A stretch of DNA of 32,000 nucleotides from an uncultured archaeon (GCA_963704435.1 OY969902.1:90001-122000), one strand, 5' to 3'; numbered from the stretch's first letter, positions 8,184 to 16,068 are shown. Numbers and translations are program-made. Notes: generated from the letters alone by a model not told the origin.

Positions 8184-8273
8184 TTAGGCGCCTAAATGTT
8201 TATATATCTTCCTATTAGGCGCCTAAACCTATTTATATCTTTAGGCACCTAATAATATTTGTTAGGCGCCTAA
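8184..8273. promoter_or_regulatory. Array of four 12-bp palindromes TTAGGCGCCTAA (putative operators) interleaved with TATA boxes in a divergent promoter region
   Basis: Copies lie at 8184-8195, 8215-8226, 8241-8252 (TTAGGCACCTAA, one mismatch) and 8262-8273. TTTATATAT at 8198-8206 is about 27 nt upstream of the minus-strand ATG at 8174, which fits a leaderless mRNA. ATTTATATC lies at 8231-8239, upstream of the plus-strand gene. Confidence 0.6.
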
Positions 8274-8294
8274 CAAATAGGACAGTGTATAAGT

Positions 8295-9491
8295 ATGGAT
8301 ACAAGAAGACAAAAAGCTGAACAGATCGCTAAGACAGAAACAATAAAGAAAGAAGGCAGGGGTTGGGTAGTTCCCTCTCAAAGCGGAAAGGGCTACTACA
8401 ATGTAGTGCAAGAAGGCACAGGTCTTGCCTGCACCTGCCCTGACTTTCAGCTAAGAGGTCAGCCCTGCAAGCACGTGCTTGCGGTTCAGATAGTGGTTCT
8501 GCGATGGTTCGACAAGAAAGGTAAACCCGTAATGGAAGTAAAGAGAGTGTCCTACCCTCAGAATTGGCACGCCTACAATGCCTCACAGATAAACGAGCAA
8601 GACCTATTTATGAAGCTGTTAGCTGACTTATGCCAAGATATAGAAGAGCCACTATACAAATTCGGAAGACCACAACTGCCACTAAAAGATATGGTCTTTG
8701 CGAGTGCCTTAAAGGTCTATTCGACCTTTAGCCTAAGAAGGTTTATGTCCGATATGCGAGCCTCTAAAGAAAAGGGCTTTGTAACTAAGGTCTCCTCTTA
8801 CAGTTCAGTAAGCAACTATATGAGAAGTGAGGAGCTAACGCCTATCTTGCAGAGCCTTATTTCCTTATCTTCTATGCCACTTAGGAGCGTAGAAACGAAG
8901 TTTGCCATAGACAGCACAGGGTTTAGAACTACACGATTTAACGACTATTGCAGAGAGAAGCACAACACAGAGAAACAGCATCAATGGGTTAAGGCTCATA
9001 TCTGCACAGGTGTTAAGACCAATATCATTACAGGGATAGAGGTAACGGAAGGCACAGGAGCGGACAGCTTACAGTTCATACCTCTTGCAGAAAGAACGCA
9101 TCAGAATGGCTTTAACATAGAGGAGATGAGTGCAGATAAGGCTTATTCAAGCAGAGACAACCACGCATACATAGCACAGATAGGTGGAACGCCTTTTATC
9201 CCTTTCAGAAAAGGAGCGACTGGCAAGCCAAGAGGCAGTAACCATATCTGGAGAAAAATGTATAACTACTTTGTCTATAACAAAGATGAGTTCTTGGAGC
9301 ATTACCATCTCAGAAGCAACGTGGAAAGCACAAATAATATGATTAAGGCAAAGTTTACAGATATAGTTAGAAGTAAGGATAAGATAGCACAGACCAACGA
9401 GGTATTATTAAAGATTTTATGTCATAATATTTGTGTAGTTATTCAAGAGATGCACGAGTTGGGAATAGAACCTAACTTCTTAGAGGGATAA
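8295..9491 (+). CDS. SWIM zinc-finger / DDE (IS4/IS5-like) transposase
   Basis: SWIM motif CTCPDFQLRGQPCKHVLAV. DDE candidates are FAIDSTGF, MSADKAYSSRDN and YHLRSNVESTNNMIKAKF (a Y-x2-R-x3-E-x6-K type C-terminal motif). Confidence 0.8.
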   Translation: MDTRRQKAEQIAKTETIKKEGRGWVVPSQSGKGYYNVVQEGTGLACTCPDFQLRGQPCKHVLAVQIVVLRWFDKKGKPVMEVKRVSYPQNWHAYNASQINEQDLFMKLLADLCQDIEEPLYKFGRPQLPLKDMVFASALKVYSTFSLRRFMSDMRASKEKGFVTKVSSYSSVSNYMRSEELTPILQSLISLSSMPLRSVETKFAIDSTGFRTTRFNDYCREKHNTEKQHQWVKAHICTGVKTNIITGIEVTEGTGADSLQFIPLAERTHQNGFNIEEMSADKAYSSRDNHAYIAQIGGTPFIPFRKGATGKPRGSNHIWRKMYNYFVYNKDEFLEHYHLRSNVESTNNMIKAKFTDIVRSKDKIAQTNEVLLKILCHNICVVIQEMHELGIEPNFLEG

Positions 9492-9493
9492 AT

Positions 9494-10321
9494 ATGTCTA
9501 ATCACACTTTAATTATCGGAGACTGCTCCAATATGAACGAAATTAAGAGTGGTAGCGTTCAACTTGTATGCACCTCTCCACCTTACTTCAATGCTCCTTT
9601 TGATTATAAGAAATTGTATAAGAGCTATGACCATTACTTAGAGATGTTAAGGAATGTAGCAAAAGAATTGTTTAGAGTAATAGCAGATGGCAGGATTGTT
9701 GCTCTGAATATAGATGATATGTTAGTAGATGGCGAGAAGTTCCCTATAATAGCAGATGCAACTAAAATCTTTCTTGATGCTGGATTCAGATACAGGGATA
9801 AGATAACGTGGAAAAAGCCAGATGGCTATTTGAGGATAAGCAGAAGGAGTGGAGTTATGATACAGCATCCATACCCTATGTATTTCTATCCTGATAACCT
9901 TCTTGAAAGCATAATAATATTCCAGAAGGGAAAGTTTGATTATAAATCAGTATCAGATGAGCTTAAAGAGAAATCTAAGATAGACATAGGCGAGTTTCAA
10001 AAGAAAGACTGGTATATGACTTTATGGTCTATGACAAATGTATTGCCTAATAGTGATTTGGAGAAGGGTATAGCGGCTTATCCAGATGAATTGGCATATA
10101 GAATAATCAAACTGTTTTCTTTTGTTGGTGATACTGTCTTAGACCCTTTCACTGGCTCTGGAACGACTATGAAGATAGCTCGTAAATTAGGAAGAAATAG
10201 TATTGGTATAGAAATGAAAAAAGACTTAATACCAATAATCAAGAGAAAGACAGGATTTGATGGTCAAGAAAAGCTATTAAATAATGATGACACTTTAGAT
10301 ATAGTAATCAGAAAGAAATAG
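9494..10321 (+). CDS. DNA methyltransferase, beta-class N4-cytosine/N6-adenine family (N6_N4_Mtase)
   Basis: Motif IV TSPPYFNAPFDY lies near the N-terminus and motif I VLDPFTGSGTTMKIARKLGRNSIGIE near the C-terminus, the beta permutation. SPPY is more typical of m4C enzymes than DPPY. The gene starts 2 nt after the transposase stop. Confidence 0.9.
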   Translation: MSNHTLIIGDCSNMNEIKSGSVQLVCTSPPYFNAPFDYKKLYKSYDHYLEMLRNVAKELFRVIADGRIVALNIDDMLVDGEKFPIIADATKIFLDAGFRYRDKITWKKPDGYLRISRRSGVMIQHPYPMYFYPDNLLESIIIFQKGKFDYKSVSDELKEKSKIDIGEFQKKDWYMTLWSMTNVLPNSDLEKGIAAYPDELAYRIIKLFSFVGDTVLDPFTGSGTTMKIARKLGRNSIGIEMKKDLIPIIKRKTGFDGQEKLLNNDDTLDIVIRKK

Positions 10322-10328
10322 TGTCATT

Positions 10329-11384
10329 ATGAAGATAACAGCTAAGATAATCAAAGGCATAAATTATAGTCCATTACTTTGTAGAAAACTAAGCAGTTAC
10401 AAGTTTAGTGAGCTTGAAAAGGCACTCTCTAAAGATGCTACATTTTTCCTTGACATAGACAAGCAAAACAAGATAGCGGTAAGCTGGTGGGTATCAGCTA
10501 AAAGAACGAGGTCTTATCCTTATGCAAGAGTGTATGACTCTTATGGTTTTTCTGGTAAAAAACTTACTATAATACCCATAGTAAAAGATGAAGGCTATGG
10601 TGGAGATAGAGACTTCTTGCAATGGGATACAATATCTCTTATGAGCTTACTTAAAATCTACGTCGTAATAGCATACTATAAAACTGCTTCTAAAAGCTCA
10701 AGATATGAGAGTAAGATTACAAATCAACGATTTGATATGCCATTTATTAAAGACCAGATTAAAGAACTTTTGAAATATCAAGATGACGCTCTACACTGGA
10801 ATTTAGACCAAATATCAAAGATACAAAAGATAGGTAATAATGCCATAAAATCTTATGAAGCACTATCTAAAAAACTTGGAGTAAAAATGCACTCTAAAGA
10901 GAAAGCAGAAAGAAGGATACACGAACTTATGAAGGATAAGGAGATGTTTCTTAAAACCTCAAGAGCGTTAGCAGTGATGGCCCAGAGCAGAGAGCGTTCT
11001 GTAACACATAAAGCTGAAAGTGTAGATGGGTCAAAATCAAGCCTTACTATCAGCAACTATCTTGGTGGCAACTACTACTTTACCTCTGATGAAGCAAGAC
11101 TAAGAAAGGGAAGGTTGTTTTTGGTAGAAGCAAAGAATACAAAGGAGAATAGGCTACCAAATAGAGAGGACATTAAAGACGGACTAATAAGAATGATTTT
11201 ATTCACTAATTTGGAGAAAGTAAGTATAAAATCTAAGGTTTATCCGATAACTCCTTTATTGAAACTAACCTCTAAAAAGAAATTTGTTATTGGAAAGAGA
11301 GACGCATTAGTGCTAAATATACTCAAAAAAGAAGCTAAATTAAATGGATTTAAAGTAGAAGTAAATGGTAAGCTCCTTAAATAG
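10329..11384 (+). CDS. Putative type II restriction endonuclease (PD-(D/E)xK candidate)
   Basis: The 351-aa ORF starts 7 nt downstream of the MTase. YFTSDEARLRKGRLFLVEAKNTKE fits a D...ExK nuclease core. The call rests on position and motif only; I recognise no family. Confidence 0.55.
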   Translation: MKITAKIIKGINYSPLLCRKLSSYKFSELEKALSKDATFFLDIDKQNKIAVSWWVSAKRTRSYPYARVYDSYGFSGKKLTIIPIVKDEGYGGDRDFLQWDTISLMSLLKIYVVIAYYKTASKSSRYESKITNQRFDMPFIKDQIKELLKYQDDALHWNLDQISKIQKIGNNAIKSYEALSKKLGVKMHSKEKAERRIHELMKDKEMFLKTSRALAVMAQSRERSVTHKAESVDGSKSSLTISNYLGGNYYFTSDEARLRKGRLFLVEAKNTKENRLPNREDIKDGLIRMILFTNLEKVSIKSKVYPITPLLKLTSKKKFVIGKRDALVLNILKKEAKLNGFKVEVNGKLLK

Positions 11385-11391
11385 TTAAATT

Positions 11392-11444
11392 GACTTTTTA
11401 AACAAAATCAGGACTTATTAAACAGAATTTGACTTATTAAACAA
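11392..11444 (+). repeat. Three direct copies of GACTT[T/A]TTAAACA[A/G] (island right subterminal repeats)
   Basis: Copies lie at 11392-11405, 11412-11425 and 11431-11444, a 19-20 bp period. They have the same orientation as the left-end copies and directly abut the right direct repeat. Confidence 0.7.
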
Positions 11445-11446
11445 AG

Positions 11447-11457
11447 CGGGCTTAATA
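11447..11457 (+). repeat. Right copy of the 11-bp direct repeat CGGGCTTAATA
   Basis: It is identical to 6542-6552 and is followed by GTTTATATAGG, a TATA-like box. Confidence 0.65.
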
Positions 11458-11690
11458 ACAACGTTTATATAGGTAGAACGCCATATTACTATCACTAGTA
11501 AGGGAGAAGGATAACGGAATTTACGTCAAAAATAAGACAACTTATTTTCTTAAATTCCTGGAAGTCGGGACCCGCTGACGCGGCCTCGTCTCTCCGGACT
11601 CGGTAGGGATTCGCAAGGATTCCTGCAAAACCAATCCAAAATCCCAGTCAGTAAAGCTAGAGAAAACAAAAAACAAAAAGAAGTGAAAAG

Positions 11691-13274
11691 ATGACTGAGA
11701 ACGTGACAGAAGGCAGAATGGATAATGAGAACCGCAGGAAAGTCCCATGGAACATATACCGGGACGAGCCTGGTTCGGAAAGGCGGCAGGATCAGAACGC
11801 CAAGAGGCGCGATTCCGCACCGCAGCAGAGGCCCGCGAGGTTCAACTCGCAGAGGCATCAGCAGCGCCACGAACAGCGCCCCAAACAGCATTTCGTGCAG
11901 AGGCCGGCGCCAGTTCCTGTTAGGAACACGCCAAGGCCGAAGGCAAAGGAGCGCATGACTGTGACTTTCTACGGCGCAGCAGGAGAGGTCGGCAGGAGCT
12001 GCGTGCTGGTAGAGAGCAAGAACACAAGGCTTATCCTTGACGCCGGCATAAAGCTGGGTGAGGTCGAGGAGCGCCCCGTGATAGAGGACAGCGAGCTGAA
12101 GCACATCGACGCGGTGGTGCTTTCGCACGCCCATATGGACCACTCGAGCTATCTCCCGCACTTCTTCTCCAAGGGATATACGGGGCCCGTCTACGCGACG
12201 AAGCCCACGTTCGAGCTGGTCGACATAATGACCAAGGACTACATGCACATCTCCAATCCAGAGGGCGTGACCAAGGACAGCGTGAAGCTGCTCTTCAAGC
12301 ACTGCAGGCCCGTGGAGTACTACAGGGAGTTCAGGGTGAAGGACTTAAGGATTCGCCTGCTCCCGGCGGGACACATACTCGGGAGCGCGATGATAGAGGT
12401 CAGCGACGGCAGGGACACGCTGCTGTACAGCGGGGACATCAACATGAGGAGCACGAAGCTCTTCGATCCCGCATACGACAAGAACCTGAACGCTAACGTG
12501 CTGATAATAGAGAGCACCTACGGGGGCAAGGCCGACGTCTTCCCTTCGGACAAGGACGTGCTCAACAAGCTCGCCGCAAGCGTGAAGGAGACGATAAACG
12601 CAGGGGGCAAGGTCATAATACCCAGCCTCGCGGTGGGGAGGGCGCAGGAGATACTGTTCACGCTGGACGACTACATCAGGTCGGGCATAGTGCCTAAGAC
12701 CCCCGTATACGTCGATGGAATGATTGGCAAGGTCCTCCGTATCTACAAACGCAACGTGCGCTACTGCAAGGACGAGATCCAGAGGAGAGTCAAGACCAAG
12801 AACAACGATCCGTTCGAGAGTAAGAACTTCACGATAATCGGGAGCAGGCAGCAGAGGGCGAAGGTGCTCGCGAGCGACGGCGCCTGCATAGTCGTGACCA
12901 CGAGCGGCATGCTCAAGGGAGGGCCGGTAATCCAGTACCTCGAGAAGTTCGCGGGCGACTCGAACAACAAGATAATCCTCGTCAGCCACCAGGCTGAGGA
13001 CACCCCCGGCAGGCAGCTGCTTAACGGATCCAGGGAGGTCGTGTTCGGGGATGAGAAGCTGAAGCTGAAGATCGAGGCGAAGGTCGAGTACATCCACATG
13101 TCCGGCCACGCGGACAGACCGCAGCTCCTCAAGCTGGTGAGCAAGGTCAAGGGCCTGAAGACCGTGTTCGTCGAGCACGGCGAGGAGGTCAAGGCGAAGG
13201 AGCTCTACGAGACCCTCAAGAACAGGTACGACGCGAGGCTTCCTGTCCTGTCGACCCCGTACGAGATAAAGTGA
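11691..13274 (+). CDS. Metallo-beta-lactamase/beta-CASP ribonuclease (aCPSF2-like), copy 2, intact, with a possible Arg/Gln-rich N-terminal extension
   Basis: HAHMDH motif, LLPAGHILGSAMIEV, ESTYGG, GRAQE, VVTTSGMLKGGP, HMSGHADRPQLL. By eye it is roughly two-thirds identical to copy 1 over the full length. The catalytic core starts at MTVTFYGAAGEVGRS (ATG 11955). Codons 1-88 are a low-complexity R/Q/P-rich region, so the start site is uncertain. Confidence 0.9.
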   Translation: MTENVTEGRMDNENRRKVPWNIYRDEPGSERRQDQNAKRRDSAPQQRPARFNSQRHQQRHEQRPKQHFVQRPAPVPVRNTPRPKAKERMTVTFYGAAGEVGRSCVLVESKNTRLILDAGIKLGEVEERPVIEDSELKHIDAVVLSHAHMDHSSYLPHFFSKGYTGPVYATKPTFELVDIMTKDYMHISNPEGVTKDSVKLLFKHCRPVEYYREFRVKDLRIRLLPAGHILGSAMIEVSDGRDTLLYSGDINMRSTKLFDPAYDKNLNANVLIIESTYGGKADVFPSDKDVLNKLAASVKETINAGGKVIIPSLAVGRAQEILFTLDDYIRSGIVPKTPVYVDGMIGKVLRIYKRNVRYCKDEIQRRVKTKNNDPFESKNFTIIGSRQQRAKVLASDGACIVVTTSGMLKGGPVIQYLEKFAGDSNNKIILVSHQAEDTPGRQLLNGSREVVFGDEKLKLKIEAKVEYIHMSGHADRPQLLKLVSKVKGLKTVFVEHGEEVKAKELYETLKNRYDARLPVLSTPYEIK

Positions 13275-13335
13275 AGCCCTGCGCGGGCCGCCTTTCTGGC
13301 GTGCCCTCGCATCGGCCTTTACGAAAAATTGCATC

Positions 13336-13764
13336 TTATTGGGAGATCATCACTTTCAGCAATTGACTGGTTGCAATAGGGTCTCCTCTTTTCAGCACCA
13401 GCAGGCTTTCCTTGGCGCGGTCCTCTCCTCTTCGAGTAAGTGTGAACGGGCCGTTATACAAATAATTGTCGGGCGCCTGCGATTTTATATCGCCGCCAAA
13501 CTGCCTCTCAAATAGATAATCAGCAACAACCGTGCTAACGAGTCCCGACGCATCGCGCTGGATCGGTATTTCAACGTTGAAAGCGTCTAGGATTTTTTCC
13601 GAATTCAACAGGTATATCCAGTAAGTGATCTGATTTACGCTCGATACGTTCCCGTCTGCGCATGCAACGCCTATCACGGCATCGATTACTTGCCCCGGCC
13701 AGATCTCCTCCTTTGACCTCGCCATCAAGGCGACACTATTTACAATGGCTTTACCATCGTCCAT
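13336..13764 (-). CDS. Hypothetical protein
   Basis: The 142-aa ORF has balanced composition in an otherwise non-coding gap. I recognise no motif. Confidence 0.5.
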   Translation of the reverse strand: MDDGKAIVNSVALMARSKEEIWPGQVIDAVIGVACADGNVSSVNQITYWIYLLNSEKILDAFNVEIPIQRDASGLVSTVVADYLFERQFGGDIKSQAPDNYLYNGPFTLTRRGEDRAKESLLVLKRGDPIATSQLLKVMISQ

Positions 13765-13914
13765 CCCAGCACCAATGCAACATAATCAAAATGCGTATTT
13801 ATGACTTGTGACTCGGAAAATTTATGCGAGTCAAAGATTCCGCTCCTACTTTGCTTGCAGGCTCCGCCTGACTCCCTTTTATTACTTCATAATCAAATAG
13901 AATATGATGATCTT

Positions 13915-14238
13915 ATGGCAGATGAGCAGAAACAGATGAACCTGAACTTCGTTGATACTAAGCCGATCTTCGCTGATGAAATCGCATTGGCATTCAAGGT
14001 AAATGCGTCCAAGGACAGCAAGGGCGTTATTGAGAAGGAGGGTCACGTGACCTTCATCTTTGTCGACGCGATGAAGCGCCAGGCCGTCGGCGAATTCGTG
14101 GTGAGCAAGAACACCGCGAAGGCCCTCGTCAAGGTGCTGTCAGATAGCATAGTCAACCTCGAGAAGCAGCTGGCAGACAAGTCCATGCCGAAGCCTCCTG
14201 AGATCAAGACCACGTCAGATACACGCATGTACCGGTAA
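13915..14238 (+). CDS. Hypothetical small protein (weakly DUF3467-like)
   Basis: MADEQKQMNLNFVDTKPIFADEIALAFKVN...HVTFIFVDAM...AVGEFVVSKNTAKALVKVLSDSIVNLEKQL. The internal ATG at 13915 is preferred over the track start at 13801, because the upstream codons look non-coding. The family assignment is tentative. Confidence 0.5.
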   Translation: MADEQKQMNLNFVDTKPIFADEIALAFKVNASKDSKGVIEKEGHVTFIFVDAMKRQAVGEFVVSKNTAKALVKVLSDSIVNLEKQLADKSMPKPPEIKTTSDTRMYR

Positions 14239-14295
14239 GGGCTCCGGCATCCGCCGAGAAAAGCGACGGGATGCAAAACATTTTAATAATCTGGA

Positions 14296-15093
14296 ATGCA
14301 GGTTCTAGATATGCACACGATAAAGCGATACGAGTCCGAGGCCGCCAGGACGCAGGTCATAATGGCCGTGGGCGGATCCGGGAAGCGCATGGGAATATCC
14401 TACCCAAAGTCCCTCATAAAGCTCGGCGACAGCACGCTGCTCGACAGGTGCGTCAACATGTATGTCAACTGCGGCTTCCGCAGCTTCGTGTTCCTGCTGG
14501 GGCATAACGACAAGGAGATAACTAAGCACATAGACAGCAGCGATTATTCGGGCGCATCGATAACCAAGTCATATGACTACGCGCAGGGGATAGGCCGAGC
14601 GAAGGCCCTGAAGAGCGCCCTTGTGAACGGGAAGATTGACAGGTCGAAGAGGCTGATGCTCGCATTCCCTGACGATGTCTTCACCGACAACTCATTCCCG
14701 ATGAAGGTGCTGCTGGAGCACCTGCACGCCGTCAAGGCGTTCGGCGCGCTCGCGAGCCTGGTCGTCGCGAAGGCGCAGAGGTACGCTTACGGGGTCGCGT
14801 GGGCCGACGACAGGAGCATGATAACTAAATTCGAGGAGAAGCCGCTCGTGCCGCTGCTCACCTCTACTGGCGTTCCGATAATCGAGCCGGAGGCTTACCA
14901 CTACGTCGAGGAGCTCATCGACCTGGACAAGGGCGGCCCTGTGGACGAGCACCCGCTGTACCTGCGCCTGGCCGAGGAGGGCAGGATCTACGCGATCACG
15001 ATACCCCCCGACACATGGATATCGATCAACACCGCGAAGGAGCTCGAGCAGGCGCAGAGGTTGGTGGATTCGGGCGTTCTTCCAATGAGGTAG
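14296..15093 (+). CDS. Sugar-phosphate nucleotidyltransferase (NTP_transferase family)
   Basis: It has an N-terminal VIMAVGGSGKRMG...PKSLIKLGDSTLLD (G-x-G-x-R) pyrophosphorylase loop and a Rossmann-like layout. An alternative start at ATG 14311 is about 27 nt from a TTTTAATAAT box. Confidence 0.8.
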   Translation: MQVLDMHTIKRYESEAARTQVIMAVGGSGKRMGISYPKSLIKLGDSTLLDRCVNMYVNCGFRSFVFLLGHNDKEITKHIDSSDYSGASITKSYDYAQGIGRAKALKSALVNGKIDRSKRLMLAFPDDVFTDNSFPMKVLLEHLHAVKAFGALASLVVAKAQRYAYGVAWADDRSMITKFEEKPLVPLLTSTGVPIIEPEAYHYVEELIDLDKGGPVDEHPLYLRLAEEGRIYAITIPPDTWISINTAKELEQAQRLVDSGVLPMR

Positions 15094-15148
15094 TGCTTCA
15101 TTGCCTGCGTGGTGCTTTTTAGCCTTTCCTTACAAATATTGTGTTTGT

Positions 15149-15221
15149 GCGAGTGTAGTCTAGCCTGGTAGGACGTAGCCTTGCCAAGGCTATAACCCGG
15201 GTTCAAATCCCGGCGCTCGCA
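15149..15221 (+). tRNA. tRNA-Gly (anticodon GCC)
   Basis: Manual cloverleaf: acceptor GCGAGTG/CGCTCGC (one G-U pair), D arm GTCT-AGCCTGGTA-GGAC, anticodon arm TAGCC-TTGCCAA-GGCTA, T arm CCGGG-TTCAAAT-CCCGG, discriminator A. CCA is not encoded. Confidence 0.9.
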
Positions 15222-15232
15222 GGGTAATAATC

Positions 15233-15691
15233 ATGGCTAAGAAGAAAGATAAAAGCGCAAGTCCGTACGTTGGCCACTATAGGAAGGCGACCCTTTTCGC
15301 ATTGGCCGCCACCGCGGTCTCGGTGATCGTCGCGGCATACCTCTACACGACACCACTACACGGCCATCTCGCAAGATATCCTTTGCTGGTTGCGGTGACG
15401 TTCAGCTTGATATGCGCTGTCAGCGCCTACCTGTGGAAGCGCCCTCCGCGCAACTTAACTCTGGTGCACGTGAAGCAGTTCTTCCAGGCTTTCGTGATAT
15501 TCGAGGCGCTTTATTACGTCGCGATGTTCGTTGGGCTCCAGCTCCTGCCATCGCTGCACCACTACGCTGCCATGGTCTTCGACCCTGGTTTCATGACCCT
15601 GTCCATCCTGCTCAGCGTGGGCGGCTACTACGTAAAGCTCATAATATACGAGTACCTGAATGCGCGGAAGGCTAGGAAGGCGAAACCGTGA
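15233..15691 (+). CDS. Integral membrane protein (about 4 TM segments), unknown function
   Basis: Hydrophobic stretches include LFALAATAVSVIVAAYLY, LLVAVTFSLICAVSAYLW, FQAFVIFEALYYVAMFVGLQLL and FMTLSILLSVGGYYV. The stop overlaps the next gene's GTG start (GTGA). Confidence 0.6.
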   Translation: MAKKKDKSASPYVGHYRKATLFALAATAVSVIVAAYLYTTPLHGHLARYPLLVAVTFSLICAVSAYLWKRPPRNLTLVHVKQFFQAFVIFEALYYVAMFVGLQLLPSLHHYAAMVFDPGFMTLSILLSVGGYYVKLIIYEYLNARKARKAKP

Positions 15692-16068
15692 AGTGCCTCT
15701 CGCTCAGGCAGCCGTACGCCGAGCTCGTCGTGCTTGGGAAGAAGACTATCGAGCTCAGGAAATGGAACACCCATTTCAGGGGAAGGTTCCTCGTGCACGC
15801 GTCCAAGACGGTCGACTCCAGGGCGTGCGCGCGCTTCAGGATTCGGCCCGAGACGCTCGCAACCGGAGCCATAATCGGGAAGGCGACCCTCTTCTGGGTG
15901 AAGAAGTACGGAAGCAGGAAGGAGTTCGTCGCTGACGCGCGGAGACACCTTGCGAGATACGAGGAATACGGCACCTCGCGGTACGCATTCCTGCTCAAGG
16001 ATCCTATTAGGTTGAGGAGGCCCATTTCCTACAGGGGAAGCCTCAACTTCTTCAACGCAGACATATAA
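15688..16068 (+). CDS. ASCH domain (PUA-like fold) protein
   Basis: MKCLSLRQPYAELVVLGKKTIELRKWNTHFRGRFLVHASK matches the ASCH N-terminal signature (S-[IL]-[RK]-Q-P-[WY]-A...G-x-K-x-x-E-x-R). Confidence 0.8.
   Translation: MKCLSLRQPYAELVVLGKKTIELRKWNTHFRGRFLVHASKTVDSRACARFRIRPETLATGAIIGKATLFWVKKYGSRKEFVADARRHLARYEEYGTSRYAFLLKDPIRLRRPISYRGSLNFFNADI

Larger units (their letters stand above)
6553..11446. mobile_element. AT-rich ~4.9 kb genomic island (putative mobile defence/R-M island) flanked by direct repeats
   Basis: There is an abrupt drop in GC relative to the flanking beta-CASP genes. The island has an 11-bp direct repeat at both junctions, 14-bp iterated repeats just inside both ends, and a DDE transposase, an R-M pair and a DUF488 module inside. 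Confidence 0.6.

Noticed and set aside
6572-11444. The GACTTWTTAAACA iterons as a CRISPR array
   Set aside because: The repeats are only 14 bp long with 5-6 bp spacers and are split between the two ends of the island. There is no leader/cas context, so they are not CRISPR-like.
6485-13264. The 29-nt identical 3' tracts of the two beta-CASP genes as attL/attR of a 6.7-kb integrative element
   Set aside because: The interval encodes no tyrosine or serine recombinase. The tract encodes a strictly conserved C-terminal peptide. The compositional boundary and the 11-bp repeat define a smaller island. The tracts are kept only as a gene-conversion or recombination observation.
11542-13334. Minus-strand ORFs (92, 250, 329, 143 and 65 aa) and the plus-strand 77-aa ORF that overlap beta-CASP copy 2
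   Set aside because: All overlap a gene with unambiguous MBL/beta-CASP motifs, and their translations are low-complexity with no recognisable domains.
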